Source: Rubripirellula sp. (GTDB taxonomy: Bacteria > Planctomycetota > Planctomycetia > Pirellulales > Pirellulaceae). From it: a stretch of 64,000 bases of DNA. The notes beneath the pieces are model-generated. The model had not been told where the DNA came from. It saw nothing but the letters and a program-made list of their open reading frames with translations, and did no database searches. Position 1 is the first letter of the stretch, and each line of letters opens with the position of its first letter. This document shows positions 19,730 to 28,303 of this stretch, piece by piece. The translations under genes and the position numbers were made by a program. The stretch lies in NCBI GenBank assembly GCA_965216875.1, contig OZ244207.1, positions 3,616,001 to 3,680,000 on the forward strand, written 5' to 3'.

Positions 19730-20896
19730 ATGTGCAATTCTCCGATCGTTCGGCTGCTTCGATCACGTTTGATGTTCGTGCCAGTCACGACTGCGCTTAC
19801 GCTCGTCAACGCAATTGCCATGCCATTGATTGTAGGTTTGCCCTCCGCAATTGCCCAATCGGAAACCCCATCACCCAACGATCCTTCCCCAAAAGACGAA
19901 CCGAAGCGGTACGCCCCTGAAGTGGTTGCCAAAGCGGAAGAAGTTTTCAAAGCAGCCGGCCTGCGTCGTAGCGGCAAAACGATCCAAGCAACCGAGACCT
20001 CCTCTCTTTCCCGAGCACTCACAACGATCGTTCGCGACAAACGCGAAGTCAGGATGAAATACCAGGAGTGGAAACGGGGCGCCGATCAAATCGCAGCCAT
20101 CCGATTGCAGCTCAAGCAGATCACCGCCCAAGACGTTGACCTGAATCTTCGGCTCGCCCAAGTCGCCCCTGGAGACACGGAAACTCAAAATCGGATCATC
20201 GGCCTGATCAATGCTTCGCGCGCCAAAGCCCAGTTGCTGATCGCGCAGCGCACCGAGCTCAAGAAAACGGTTGGCGATCTACGTGGTCAACTCAACGACA
20301 TCGAGGCCGCATACGCAGAAAAGACGCTGGCCATACGAAGTGACTATGACAAGCTTCGAGACAAACTCGACAAGGTTCTGCAAGACAAGACAACGGGCAT
20401 CGCCGTTCATGTCATGCACGTCAACTTTCAAACGCCCAAGTCGATCACCGCCGATTCGATCCTGGCTGCAGTCGACAAACGGATCGCCAAAATCGAATCC
20501 GAAGTCTTTTCGGAAACGATTCCCTTGCACGTTCGTGGCGGCGCGATGTATGTCGATGTCGTTGTCGGAAAGAAAGCGACACGTATGGTGGTCGATAGTG
20601 GCGCATCAATGATCACCATGCCCGCCAAAACAGCGACGGAACTCGGGATCGATGTTCCACTTGATGCGAGCCCAATGAAACTCGTCCTGGCCGACGGCAG
20701 TTCCATTGACGGCCGCCATGTTGTCCTGCCTCGTGTTCGCATCGGCGAATTCGAAGCCGAAAACGTTGCGGCAGCGGTGCTCGATGCGGGCAACAAAGCG
20801 GAACCCCTGCTTGGCATGTCGTTCCTCGGCAACTTCAAGTTTGAAATTGACAAGGCGAAGCGGTCGCTCAAATTGCTGCGCGTTGAAACGAAGTAA
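19730..20896 (+). CDS. clan AA retropepsin-like aspartic protease (TIGR02281-like) with N-terminal coiled coil
   Basis: MVVDSGAS and PLLGMSFL; start 19730 or 19772. Confidence 0.82.
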   Translation: MCNSPIVRLLRSRLMFVPVTTALTLVNAIAMPLIVGLPSAIAQSETPSPNDPSPKDEPKRYAPEVVAKAEEVFKAAGLRRSGKTIQATETSSLSRALTTIVRDKREVRMKYQEWKRGADQIAAIRLQLKQITAQDVDLNLRLAQVAPGDTETQNRIIGLINASRAKAQLLIAQRTELKKTVGDLRGQLNDIEAAYAEKTLAIRSDYDKLRDKLDKVLQDKTTGIAVHVMHVNFQTPKSITADSILAAVDKRIAKIESEVFSETIPLHVRGGAMYVDVVVGKKATRMVVDSGASMITMPAKTATELGIDVPLDASPMKLVLADGSSIDGRHVVLPRVRIGEFEAENVAAAVLDAGNKAEPLLGMSFLGNFKFEIDKAKRSLKLLRVETK

Positions 20897-21045
20897 GCCG
20901 CCTCGCGGCAACATCCGTTCGTAGTACCGAGCTTTAGCCGGAATCTTTTTCCTGCATCCGCCTAAGGGCGTCTGAGGGCTCGCCTACGAACGGGCAGCAG
21001 TGGCCTCGCGCGAACCTCGGGCGCGCGATTCGTCTCTGAGCCGTC

Positions 21046-21381
21046 ATGATGACATCCGGCTTTGAATTCTCGATGCTAACGCATATCGAACAAGCTCCTG
21101 AGGACTGTTCGAGGCGGTTGGTGTACGCCGATTGGTTGGCCGAACATGGCGATCCACGCTGTGAATTCGTGCGCTGCGAAATCAAAGTCGACACGCTCGC
21201 CAGCGAAGGCGCCAAAGGCCTCGAACAGGCCGTCAACCGATTGATCGATATCGGCCGCCCCTTCGAACCAAGCTGGCGAACGCGATTGATGCACGGCCGC
21301 ATCTCGGAAATCCTTGTTCCCATGGCCCAACTGCATCGCGGCAAACGCAAACACAGGCGACGTTCGCTCGCAAGTCGGTGA
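21046..21381 (+). CDS. TIGR02996 domain protein
   Basis: APEDCSRRLVYADWLAEHGDPRCEFVR. Confidence 0.75.
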   Translation: MMTSGFEFSMLTHIEQAPEDCSRRLVYADWLAEHGDPRCEFVRCEIKVDTLASEGAKGLEQAVNRLIDIGRPFEPSWRTRLMHGRISEILVPMAQLHRGKRKHRRRSLASR

Positions 21382-21422
21382 CTCTATAATGACGTTTTGT
21401 CATTTCCAGAGGATCGCAATCG

Positions 21423-21692
21423 ATGCCACGAATCGAATTCACGCGGCAACTCACACGGCACGTCCAGTGTCCTGGCGCAGACGTCGATGCGGCAACACTC
21501 GGTGAAGCACTCGCCTTGGTCTTTCAGGAGAACCCGCCACTGCGCGGCTACATCCTGGACGACCAAGGCGAAATCCGAAAACACGTCGCCGTCTTCATCG
21601 ATAACCAACTGTTGCGTCAAAGCGATCCATCCAAAGTTCCCGTCGCCCCCGATTCCGAAATCTACGTGATGCAAGCGTTGTCGGGAGGTTAA
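21423..21692 (+). CDS. MoaD/ThiS family ubiquitin-like protein
   Basis: 89 aa, YILDDQGEIRKHVAVFID, C-terminal ALSGG. Confidence 0.9.
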   Translation: MPRIEFTRQLTRHVQCPGADVDAATLGEALALVFQENPPLRGYILDDQGEIRKHVAVFIDNQLLRQSDPSKVPVAPDSEIYVMQALSGG

Positions 21693-21696
21693 AGAG

Positions 21697-22358
21697 GCGC
21701 GGGTAGTGCTTAGGCCTGACGCCGGCATATGCCTGCCGGTGGTGTGAGCCACCGGAATACGAACTAGAGTCGATTCAGCCCGGAGGGCGACAGATTCGAA
21801 TTGTGCCGCCCTACGGGCTCAGTCAATATTCGAATCCAGGCCCGGGGTCTTACGACCCCGGCAGTTCTTGTTCCGCCCTTCGGGCTAGGGGAAAAACCGG
21901 GCTTGGTAAAACACGCTCGCTGCTGCGCGGGTAGCGTTTAGGCCGGAGGCCGACATAGGCTTGCCGGTGGCGTGAGCCACCGGAATACGAACTAGAGTCG
22001 ATTCAGCCCGGAGGGCGACAGATCCGAATGGTGTCGCCCTCCGGGCTAAGTCAATATTCGAATCCAGGTCCGGGGTCTTACGACCCCGGCAGTTCTTGTT
22101 CCGCCCTTCGGGCTACGGGAAAAACCGAACTTGGTAAAACACGCGCACTGCCGCGCGGGTAGCGCTTAGGCCGGAGGCCGACATATGCTTGCCGGTGGCG
22201 TGAGCCACCGGAATACAAGCGAGAACCGATTCAGCCCGGAGGGCGACAGACTCGAATTGTGCCGCCCTCCGGGCTAAGTCAATACTCAAATCAAGGTCCG
22301 GGGCCTTACGACCCCGGCAGTTCTTGTTCCGCCCTTCGGGCTACGGGAAAACAGCTTG
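21697..22358. repeat. tandem array of ~3 x 228-bp palindrome-rich units
   Basis: Units start gcgcgggtag at 21697, 21925 and 22153; internal palindromes ccggtgg.gtgagccaccgg, agcccggagggcgaca..tgtcgccctccgggct, ccggggtcttacgaccccgg. Confidence 0.9.
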
Positions 22359-22504
22359 GGCAATTCATAAGAGACAGAGCACTGACATAGGCTCGGCAAC
22401 TTTTGTTTTCCCTTGAATTGGCAGGCCTCGAGGATCGCTGCAACAATGAAGGCGCAGCAACTGGCCGTCTTCACTAAAACTCCCAGCAACGGAACTGTAC
22501 TGGC

Positions 22505-24220
22505 ATGACATCCCGCATTCGATTGGTCATGGTGATGAGGCCCCCGTTTCCGATCATTCTGATCGCTACAATTTTTTGCGGCTGCGATGTCATTTTTGGG
22601 AGTGGGCTGGCAAAAGCAGAGCTACCCGAATTTGTCGGCAAACAATCGCGTCCCCATACCATCGTTTCCCGTCCCTCACAGAAAGTTCGAGCGCAGCTTT
22701 CCCGAGACGCCTTCTTCCCTCGGATGGCGGTGCAAGCGTATTCGATGACAGCCGCCGTGCCGCCAGACCACGATGGACAAAAACTCATCTCGTATGACAG
22801 TAGCGGCAAAGTCGATCGAATCGCTGACCCAACCGATCCGAACCGCATTTTGGTACAGCGGTTCGAGCAGCTCAATCAGCCAAAGCCACCTACACGATTC
22901 CGATTTGAAATCACGATGGTTTTGGAGCTTTCGCAGCGCAGACTCGTTAAGGGATCCAAAAGAGACCGTCGTGCACGCATCGTGGACCAACATTTGTCGA
23001 CGAGCTTACGTGAAAGATACCTTCGGGCGGATGACTTTTTTGACTACCAGTCATCTACATTTCAACAATGGAAGGAGCGACATGGACTCAACGCAACGTC
23101 AAACCAAACCGAGATGGAGTTCGCTCGAAAGGTCTTCGACTCGATAGCAACCGACTACCGCTACAGTTATGACTTCAAACAAAACCGCGCTGCTTCGGCG
23201 GTTTGCCAATCGCGAGCGACCGATTGTGGTGGTCTATCGATCTTGTTGGCAACAGTCCTCCGAAGCGAAGGAATTCCAGCTCGGACCCTTGTCGGCCACT
23301 TTGCGAAATCTCTGTCAAAGGAAATGGCGGGAAACGAGGAACCACGTGGGTCACGTCACGTGATCGCCGAGTTCTTTGCCGATGGGGTTGGTTGGGTGCC
23401 TGTGGATTTGGCCTCCGCGATACTGAGCCCCTCTACGAAAAGCGGCCAAGAACACTTTGGAAATCAAGTCAAGCCGTTCATCACCATACATTTTGATCAT
23501 CAAATTGGATTTGACTCACGCGTCTGGGGTGAGAAGACGGAGAACTTCTTTCAATTTCCGAGGCTATGGTTTCGCGGCAAAGGCCCCTTCCGAGATCGAA
23601 AAATCAGCGATCATTGGAACGTTCGGGTTCTCAATGAATTGATTCCGAGCGAGATGGGAGCGAACACACGAGACCTGTCGAAGCTTCCGCCAAAGCACGT
23701 TGCCGTTCCCCATCTTCGGCAAGAAAAGCAGCTTTGTGCCTGCGCCTCGGCGTCGATGATCTTGCGAACGTTCGGCGTCAACGTACCCCAAGCCAGAATC
23801 AAAGATTTGTCGAACCAGATGCGTCAACAAGATGGAACTGGCGACGCTGCATACGAAGGCACCTACTTCGTTGATTTGGTCAATGGACTAAAGCATGCCG
23901 GGATCGCCGATTGGCGACGCGATCATTTCCCCCCAACCCAGCAAGGTTTTCGCGACGGTGTCTTGGCGATCTACGACAACCTCGCTCAGGGGTATCCGGT
24001 CATGGTCGATCTTCAGATCCCGCCAGCTGGCCACACGGTCGTTGTCAACGGTGTCGATCTACAAAACCAGCTTGTCTTGATTGTCGATCCAAATATCGCC
24101 GCTCCGGGGATCCGTCGCATTACATTCCAACAATTCGAATCAGTATGGAAAAGCGTGACTGTGGATCGTCGAGGCATGATCCTTGCTAGCCCACCGATGA
24201 CACTTCATCGAAACAAGTAG
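22505..24220 (+). CDS. transglutaminase-like domain fused to a C39-like papain-fold peptidase
   Basis: TDCGGLS / RHVIAEFF / GWVPVD triad; VPHLRQEKQLCACAS / GHTVVVNGVD / IVDPN. Confidence 0.8.
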   Translation: MTSRIRLVMVMRPPFPIILIATIFCGCDVIFGSGLAKAELPEFVGKQSRPHTIVSRPSQKVRAQLSRDAFFPRMAVQAYSMTAAVPPDHDGQKLISYDSSGKVDRIADPTDPNRILVQRFEQLNQPKPPTRFRFEITMVLELSQRRLVKGSKRDRRARIVDQHLSTSLRERYLRADDFFDYQSSTFQQWKERHGLNATSNQTEMEFARKVFDSIATDYRYSYDFKQNRAASAVCQSRATDCGGLSILLATVLRSEGIPARTLVGHFAKSLSKEMAGNEEPRGSRHVIAEFFADGVGWVPVDLASAILSPSTKSGQEHFGNQVKPFITIHFDHQIGFDSRVWGEKTENFFQFPRLWFRGKGPFRDRKISDHWNVRVLNELIPSEMGANTRDLSKLPPKHVAVPHLRQEKQLCACASASMILRTFGVNVPQARIKDLSNQMRQQDGTGDAAYEGTYFVDLVNGLKHAGIADWRRDHFPPTQQGFRDGVLAIYDNLAQGYPVMVDLQIPPAGHTVVVNGVDLQNQLVLIVDPNIAAPGIRRITFQQFESVWKSVTVDRRGMILASPPMTLHRNK

Positions 24221-24277
24221 CCGAGAGGCTTTCGCTCGGTTCCCCACTTGCCCTGCTTGGTTTTTGCAGTAACCCCT

Positions 24278-24618
24278 ATCATCAATGATCTCGCGATTAC
24301 CAGGCCTCTGATCTATCGCGACACGTCCGTGATCGGCAAGGCGATAGTCGGCGGTCATTAACGATCACCGAGCGCACCGGAGCGAGCACGAGCACCGCGT
24401 TGCTGAGCACGAGCACGAGAGGTTGCTGACGTTTCGCAATCGAACTCCGTGATCTCCTTGCCCTCTGTGGGCAAATCATCAATGATCTCGCGATTACCAG
24501 GCCGCTAATCAATCGCAACACGTCCGTGATCGGCAGGGCGACTGTCGGCGGTCCTCAACAGCAACCGAGCGCAGAGGAGCGAGAACGAGCGGGTTGCTGA
24601 CGTTGCCGGTTATCGAAT
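24278..24618. repeat. diverged direct duplication (period 197 bp) containing gagcacgagcac units
   Basis: atcatcaatgatctcgcgattaccaggcc...acacgtccgtgatcggca at 24278 and 24475. Confidence 0.8.
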
Positions 24619-24710
24619 CTCATCAAACAGACACACCCGACTTGCTCCGCCGCGGCAGGCGACGAGGGTAGAATGGTCGTCCTGCAAATTCGCCATCACG
24701 CACAACCATC

Positions 24711-25844
24711 ATGGGGACAACCGTGGCAACAACATTGCACCTGGGCACGCGCAAAGGATTGTTCACGTTTAAGAAATCGGGCAGCAACTGGAGAATCGAT
24801 CGCGTCGATTTTCTTGGTGAACCAGTCACGATGTTGCTCGAAGACCCTCGTGATGGCGCGCTCTACGCCTGCCTCACGCTCGGCCACTTCGGAACCAAAC
24901 TGCGCCGCAGTGACGATGGTGGCCAAACTTGGACCGAACTTGGCGTCCCCGTTTACGACAAGGACGCCGTGATTGCTGTTCCCTCGATGGATCCCGAACA
25001 ACCTCCGTCAACCAAGCCGGCCAGCCTGTCCGAGATCTGGGCACTCGAATCGGCGGGCGAGGACCAACCCGGTTGCCTTTGGGCGGGAACGATTCCTGGC
25101 GGTCTTTTTCGTTCGAGCGATCGTGGTGCCACCTGGACGCTGGACAATGCACTCTGGAACGCGTCTGAGAGAATGGAATGGTTCGGCGGTGGCAAAGATG
25201 ATCCCGGCATCCATTCCGTTTGCGTTGACCCCCGCGACAGCCAACACGTCACCTTGGGCGTTTCGTGCGGCGGAGTCTGGGAAACAAGGGACGGCGGAAC
25301 GAATTGGTCGATCATCGGCAACGGCCTACGAGCCGAATTCATGCCGCCCGACATGCGAGACAAACTCAGTATTCAAGACGCCCACCGCGTGGCCTACTGT
25401 GAATCAAACCCCGATGTCATGTGGGTCCAACATCACAATGGAATTTTCCATTCGACCGACGCGGCCAATACCTTTACCGAAATCGATCAAGCGGGCCCGT
25501 CAACGTTTGGCTTCGCCGCCTGCGCCCATCCCAACGACGACCAAACAGCGTGGTTCGTCCCCGGTGTGAAAGATGAATGCCGCGTCCCGGTCGACGCCAA
25601 GTTGGTCGTGACGCGAACACGCGATGGCGGCAAAACATTCGAGACCCTGCGAAACGGTTTGCCCCAACAAGATTGTTACGACATCGTCTTCCGCCACGCA
25701 CTCGATGTCGATTCCGACGGCAACCAACTCGCGATGGGATCATCCACGGGCGGACTTTGGATCAGCGAAAATGGTGGCGACGATTGGCAAGGCATCTCGA
25801 ACACCTTGCCACAAATCTACGTCGCCCGATTTAGTCGGCGATAG
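24711..25844 (+). CDS. BNR/Asp-box beta-propeller protein (sialidase/YVTN-like)
   Basis: Repeated SxDGGxTW boxes (RSDDGGQTW, SSDRGATW, TRDGGTNW, TRDGGKTF, SENGGDDW). Confidence 0.88.
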   Translation: MGTTVATTLHLGTRKGLFTFKKSGSNWRIDRVDFLGEPVTMLLEDPRDGALYACLTLGHFGTKLRRSDDGGQTWTELGVPVYDKDAVIAVPSMDPEQPPSTKPASLSEIWALESAGEDQPGCLWAGTIPGGLFRSSDRGATWTLDNALWNASERMEWFGGGKDDPGIHSVCVDPRDSQHVTLGVSCGGVWETRDGGTNWSIIGNGLRAEFMPPDMRDKLSIQDAHRVAYCESNPDVMWVQHHNGIFHSTDAANTFTEIDQAGPSTFGFAACAHPNDDQTAWFVPGVKDECRVPVDAKLVVTRTRDGGKTFETLRNGLPQQDCYDIVFRHALDVDSDGNQLAMGSSTGGLWISENGGDDWQGISNTLPQIYVARFSRR

Positions 25845-26643
25845 GTTCGTCGATGACGGGGTTGGACAAGTCACCGATCCCTTCGATCGAGATCGTCACG
25901 TTGTCCCCATCCTTCAAGTAGACCGGTGGGTTGCGGGCCATGCCGACCCCATGTGGGGTGCCGGTCAGGATCAGTGTTCCGGGCAATAGCTTCGTGCTGC
26001 CGCTAAGAAACTCAATCAACGTTCGCACGTCAAAGATCATGTCGTTCGTATTCCAATCCTGCATCACTTCACCGTTGAGTGTCGTGCGGATCGGAAGCCC
26101 GTTCGGATCAGGAATCTCGTCCGCCGTCGTGATCACAGGGCCGATCGGACAGAAGGTCGCGAACGTTTTTCCGCGGCACCACTGACTGCCCCCGAAGTCC
26201 TTTTGCCAATCTCGGGCGCTCACGTCGTTGGCACAGGTGTAGCCAAACACGTATTCAAGTGCATTGGCTTTGGAAACGTTCGTGCACTCGCGACCAATGA
26301 TCACCGCAAGCTCACATTCAAAGTCGACCGAGTCACTCGCGAGCTTACGAGGCAACACGATCGGGTCGCCCGGATTCTGGAGCGTGCCGCAGTTTTTCAT
26401 GAACACGACCGGGTACTCAGGAATCGGCGCGTTCCCCTCCTCGGCATGCTTGCGATAGTTCAATCCGATGCAAATGATGTCGGTCGGATAAAAGGGGGCA
26501 AGTAGCTTTTCAACATCCGCCGTCTCGCCGGTATCCGATAGGCCGCCAAACAAATCGCCGGAAGCGACTGTCACCGATTGGGTGGAATGCTGAATGCCAA
26601 AGTGCACCTCACCGTTGCTATCCTCATAGCGAACAATCTTCAT
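25831..26643 (-). CDS. fumarylacetoacetate hydrolase family protein
   Basis: CIGLNY, DFECEL, NDVSARD, ILTGTPHGVG. Confidence 0.92.
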   Translation of the reverse strand: MKIVRYEDSNGEVHFGIQHSTQSVTVASGDLFGGLSDTGETADVEKLLAPFYPTDIICIGLNYRKHAEEGNAPIPEYPVVFMKNCGTLQNPGDPIVLPRKLASDSVDFECELAVIIGRECTNVSKANALEYVFGYTCANDVSARDWQKDFGGSQWCRGKTFATFCPIGPVITTADEIPDPNGLPIRTTLNGEVMQDWNTNDMIFDVRTLIEFLSGSTKLLPGTLILTGTPHGVGMARNPPVYLKDGDNVTISIEGIGDLSNPVIDEPIAD

Positions 26644-27013
26644 CTTGCCAGTTCCCTTCTTATTGCCGATAGCGCGTGGCGACACGTTGTGATTTCGTTG
26701 ACACGTTGCGAATGATAACCAATCACATTGATTTGCTAAACGGTCTCAATAGTGGCCTTGTCCTGGAGGGCAAGGCTTCCCAAGCGTTCGGCGAGAATTG
26801 CGTCATTCATGGTGCATCGGCACGTCCCATCCAAACGAAACACAGGCCCTAAAAACGCCATCGAAATCTCCGCCGCCCCCGATCTCGCGCAGCAACCACT
26901 GCCAAAGCAGGTTAGAATGGAGCTCACGCGACCGGAGAAAAAAACCCAAACGATCTTCGGTTGCGTCCCCGCCAACCACCACCCACCTACTGTCGATCTG
27001 CCGAGCATTTTCG

Positions 27014-28303
27014 ATGTCGCGAATCATGCAAAGACGCTCGCTTCTCAAAGCGGCTGGAATCAGCATTGCCCTTCCCGCGTTGGAGTCGCTGCCTCGAGCG
27101 GCTGCGGCCCGACCTAACGAACCGGCCACCAGCGGACCGCCCAAGCGAATGGTCTGTATTGGTAACGAATTCGGGATGTACCCCGGTGCCTTCTGGCCGA
27201 CGGCGGACGGTACCCAATACGAAACGACCGAACTGCTCAAACCGCTCGACGATCAACGTGACGACTTCACGCTGTTTTCGCATCTCGATCACGGCTTGAA
27301 GGGCGGGCACTTCGCAGTCCACACCTTTTTGACCGGGGTCAAACATGCCGAAGCGCGCGGCATGGCCGACGGTGGCATCAGCCTTGATCAACGTGCTGCC
27401 GAACACGTTGGCTCGCAAACTCGTTTCCCCTCACTGACGATCGGTTCGGAAAGTGGACTGCACGGCGGTTGTCAAATGAGTTGGACGCGAACCGGCACGC
27501 GCGTCCCGCCCATTCCCGGACCGCGCGAACTGTTCCGCCAGCTCTTTGTTGATGAGAGCGCGTCGTCGAAACGAAAAGCGTCGGATCGCATCGATCTACA
27601 AGGTTCGATCCTTGATGCCGTGCGCGGCGACGCCAAGTCTCTCGAGCGTCGGCTTAGCAAGAATGACGCCGATAAACTTGACGAGTACTTTTCGAGCATT
27701 CGCGATGTCGAAGCGAAGTTGGAATTGGATCGACACTGGCAACACATTTCCAAACCCAAACCATCGGTTGAAGAACCAACCAACGAAGGCTTGACGCATG
27801 ACTTGCCGAAAATCTACGACTTGATCGTACTCGCGTTGCAAACCGATTCGACGCGTGTTGCAACCGTTGAAGTCGGCGGGAGTTTTGCGGCCTCCGACCT
27901 AGGCATCCGCAAAGGCTATCATGGCCTCTCGCACCACGGCAAAGTGCAAGCCAACATTGACCTGTTGGTTCAAATCGAACTCTATCAAGTGCAACAGTTC
28001 GCCCGATTCATCGACAAGCTCAAGAGCATCAAGCAGCCCGAGAGCGACGAAACGTTGCTCGACAGCACGATGGCCTTATTCGGCAGCGGAATGGGCAACG
28101 CGAATTCCCACACCAACAACGATCTGCCAATCATCTTGGCTGGCGGCGGATTCTCGCACGGTCGGCACGTTCGCTATCCAAGCGAAAAGAACAAACGTGT
28201 CCCACTCTGCCAACTCTACGTGTCGATGCTGCAACAGTTTGGTGTGACCACCAACTCGTTCGGCGGTGCATCGGGAGCATTGCCGGGGTTCAACCTCGCA
28301 TGA
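27014..28303 (+). CDS. DUF1552 domain protein
   Basis: RRSLLKAAGISIALPALESL, SLDQRAA, YHGLSHH, GSGMGNANSH. Confidence 0.88.
   Translation: MSRIMQRRSLLKAAGISIALPALESLPRAAAARPNEPATSGPPKRMVCIGNEFGMYPGAFWPTADGTQYETTELLKPLDDQRDDFTLFSHLDHGLKGGHFAVHTFLTGVKHAEARGMADGGISLDQRAAEHVGSQTRFPSLTIGSESGLHGGCQMSWTRTGTRVPPIPGPRELFRQLFVDESASSKRKASDRIDLQGSILDAVRGDAKSLERRLSKNDADKLDEYFSSIRDVEAKLELDRHWQHISKPKPSVEEPTNEGLTHDLPKIYDLIVLALQTDSTRVATVEVGGSFAASDLGIRKGYHGLSHHGKVQANIDLLVQIELYQVQQFARFIDKLKSIKQPESDETLLDSTMALFGSGMGNANSHTNNDLPIILAGGGFSHGRHVRYPSEKNKRVPLCQLYVSMLQQFGVTTNSFGGASGALPGFNLA

Noticed and set aside
19460..20040. Long overlapping divergent ORFs
   Set aside because: Later start codons (19671 on minus, 19730 or 19772 on plus) remove the overlap
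21697..22358. CRISPR array
   Set aside because: Units are 228 bp and similar along their whole length; no unique spacers and no cas genes
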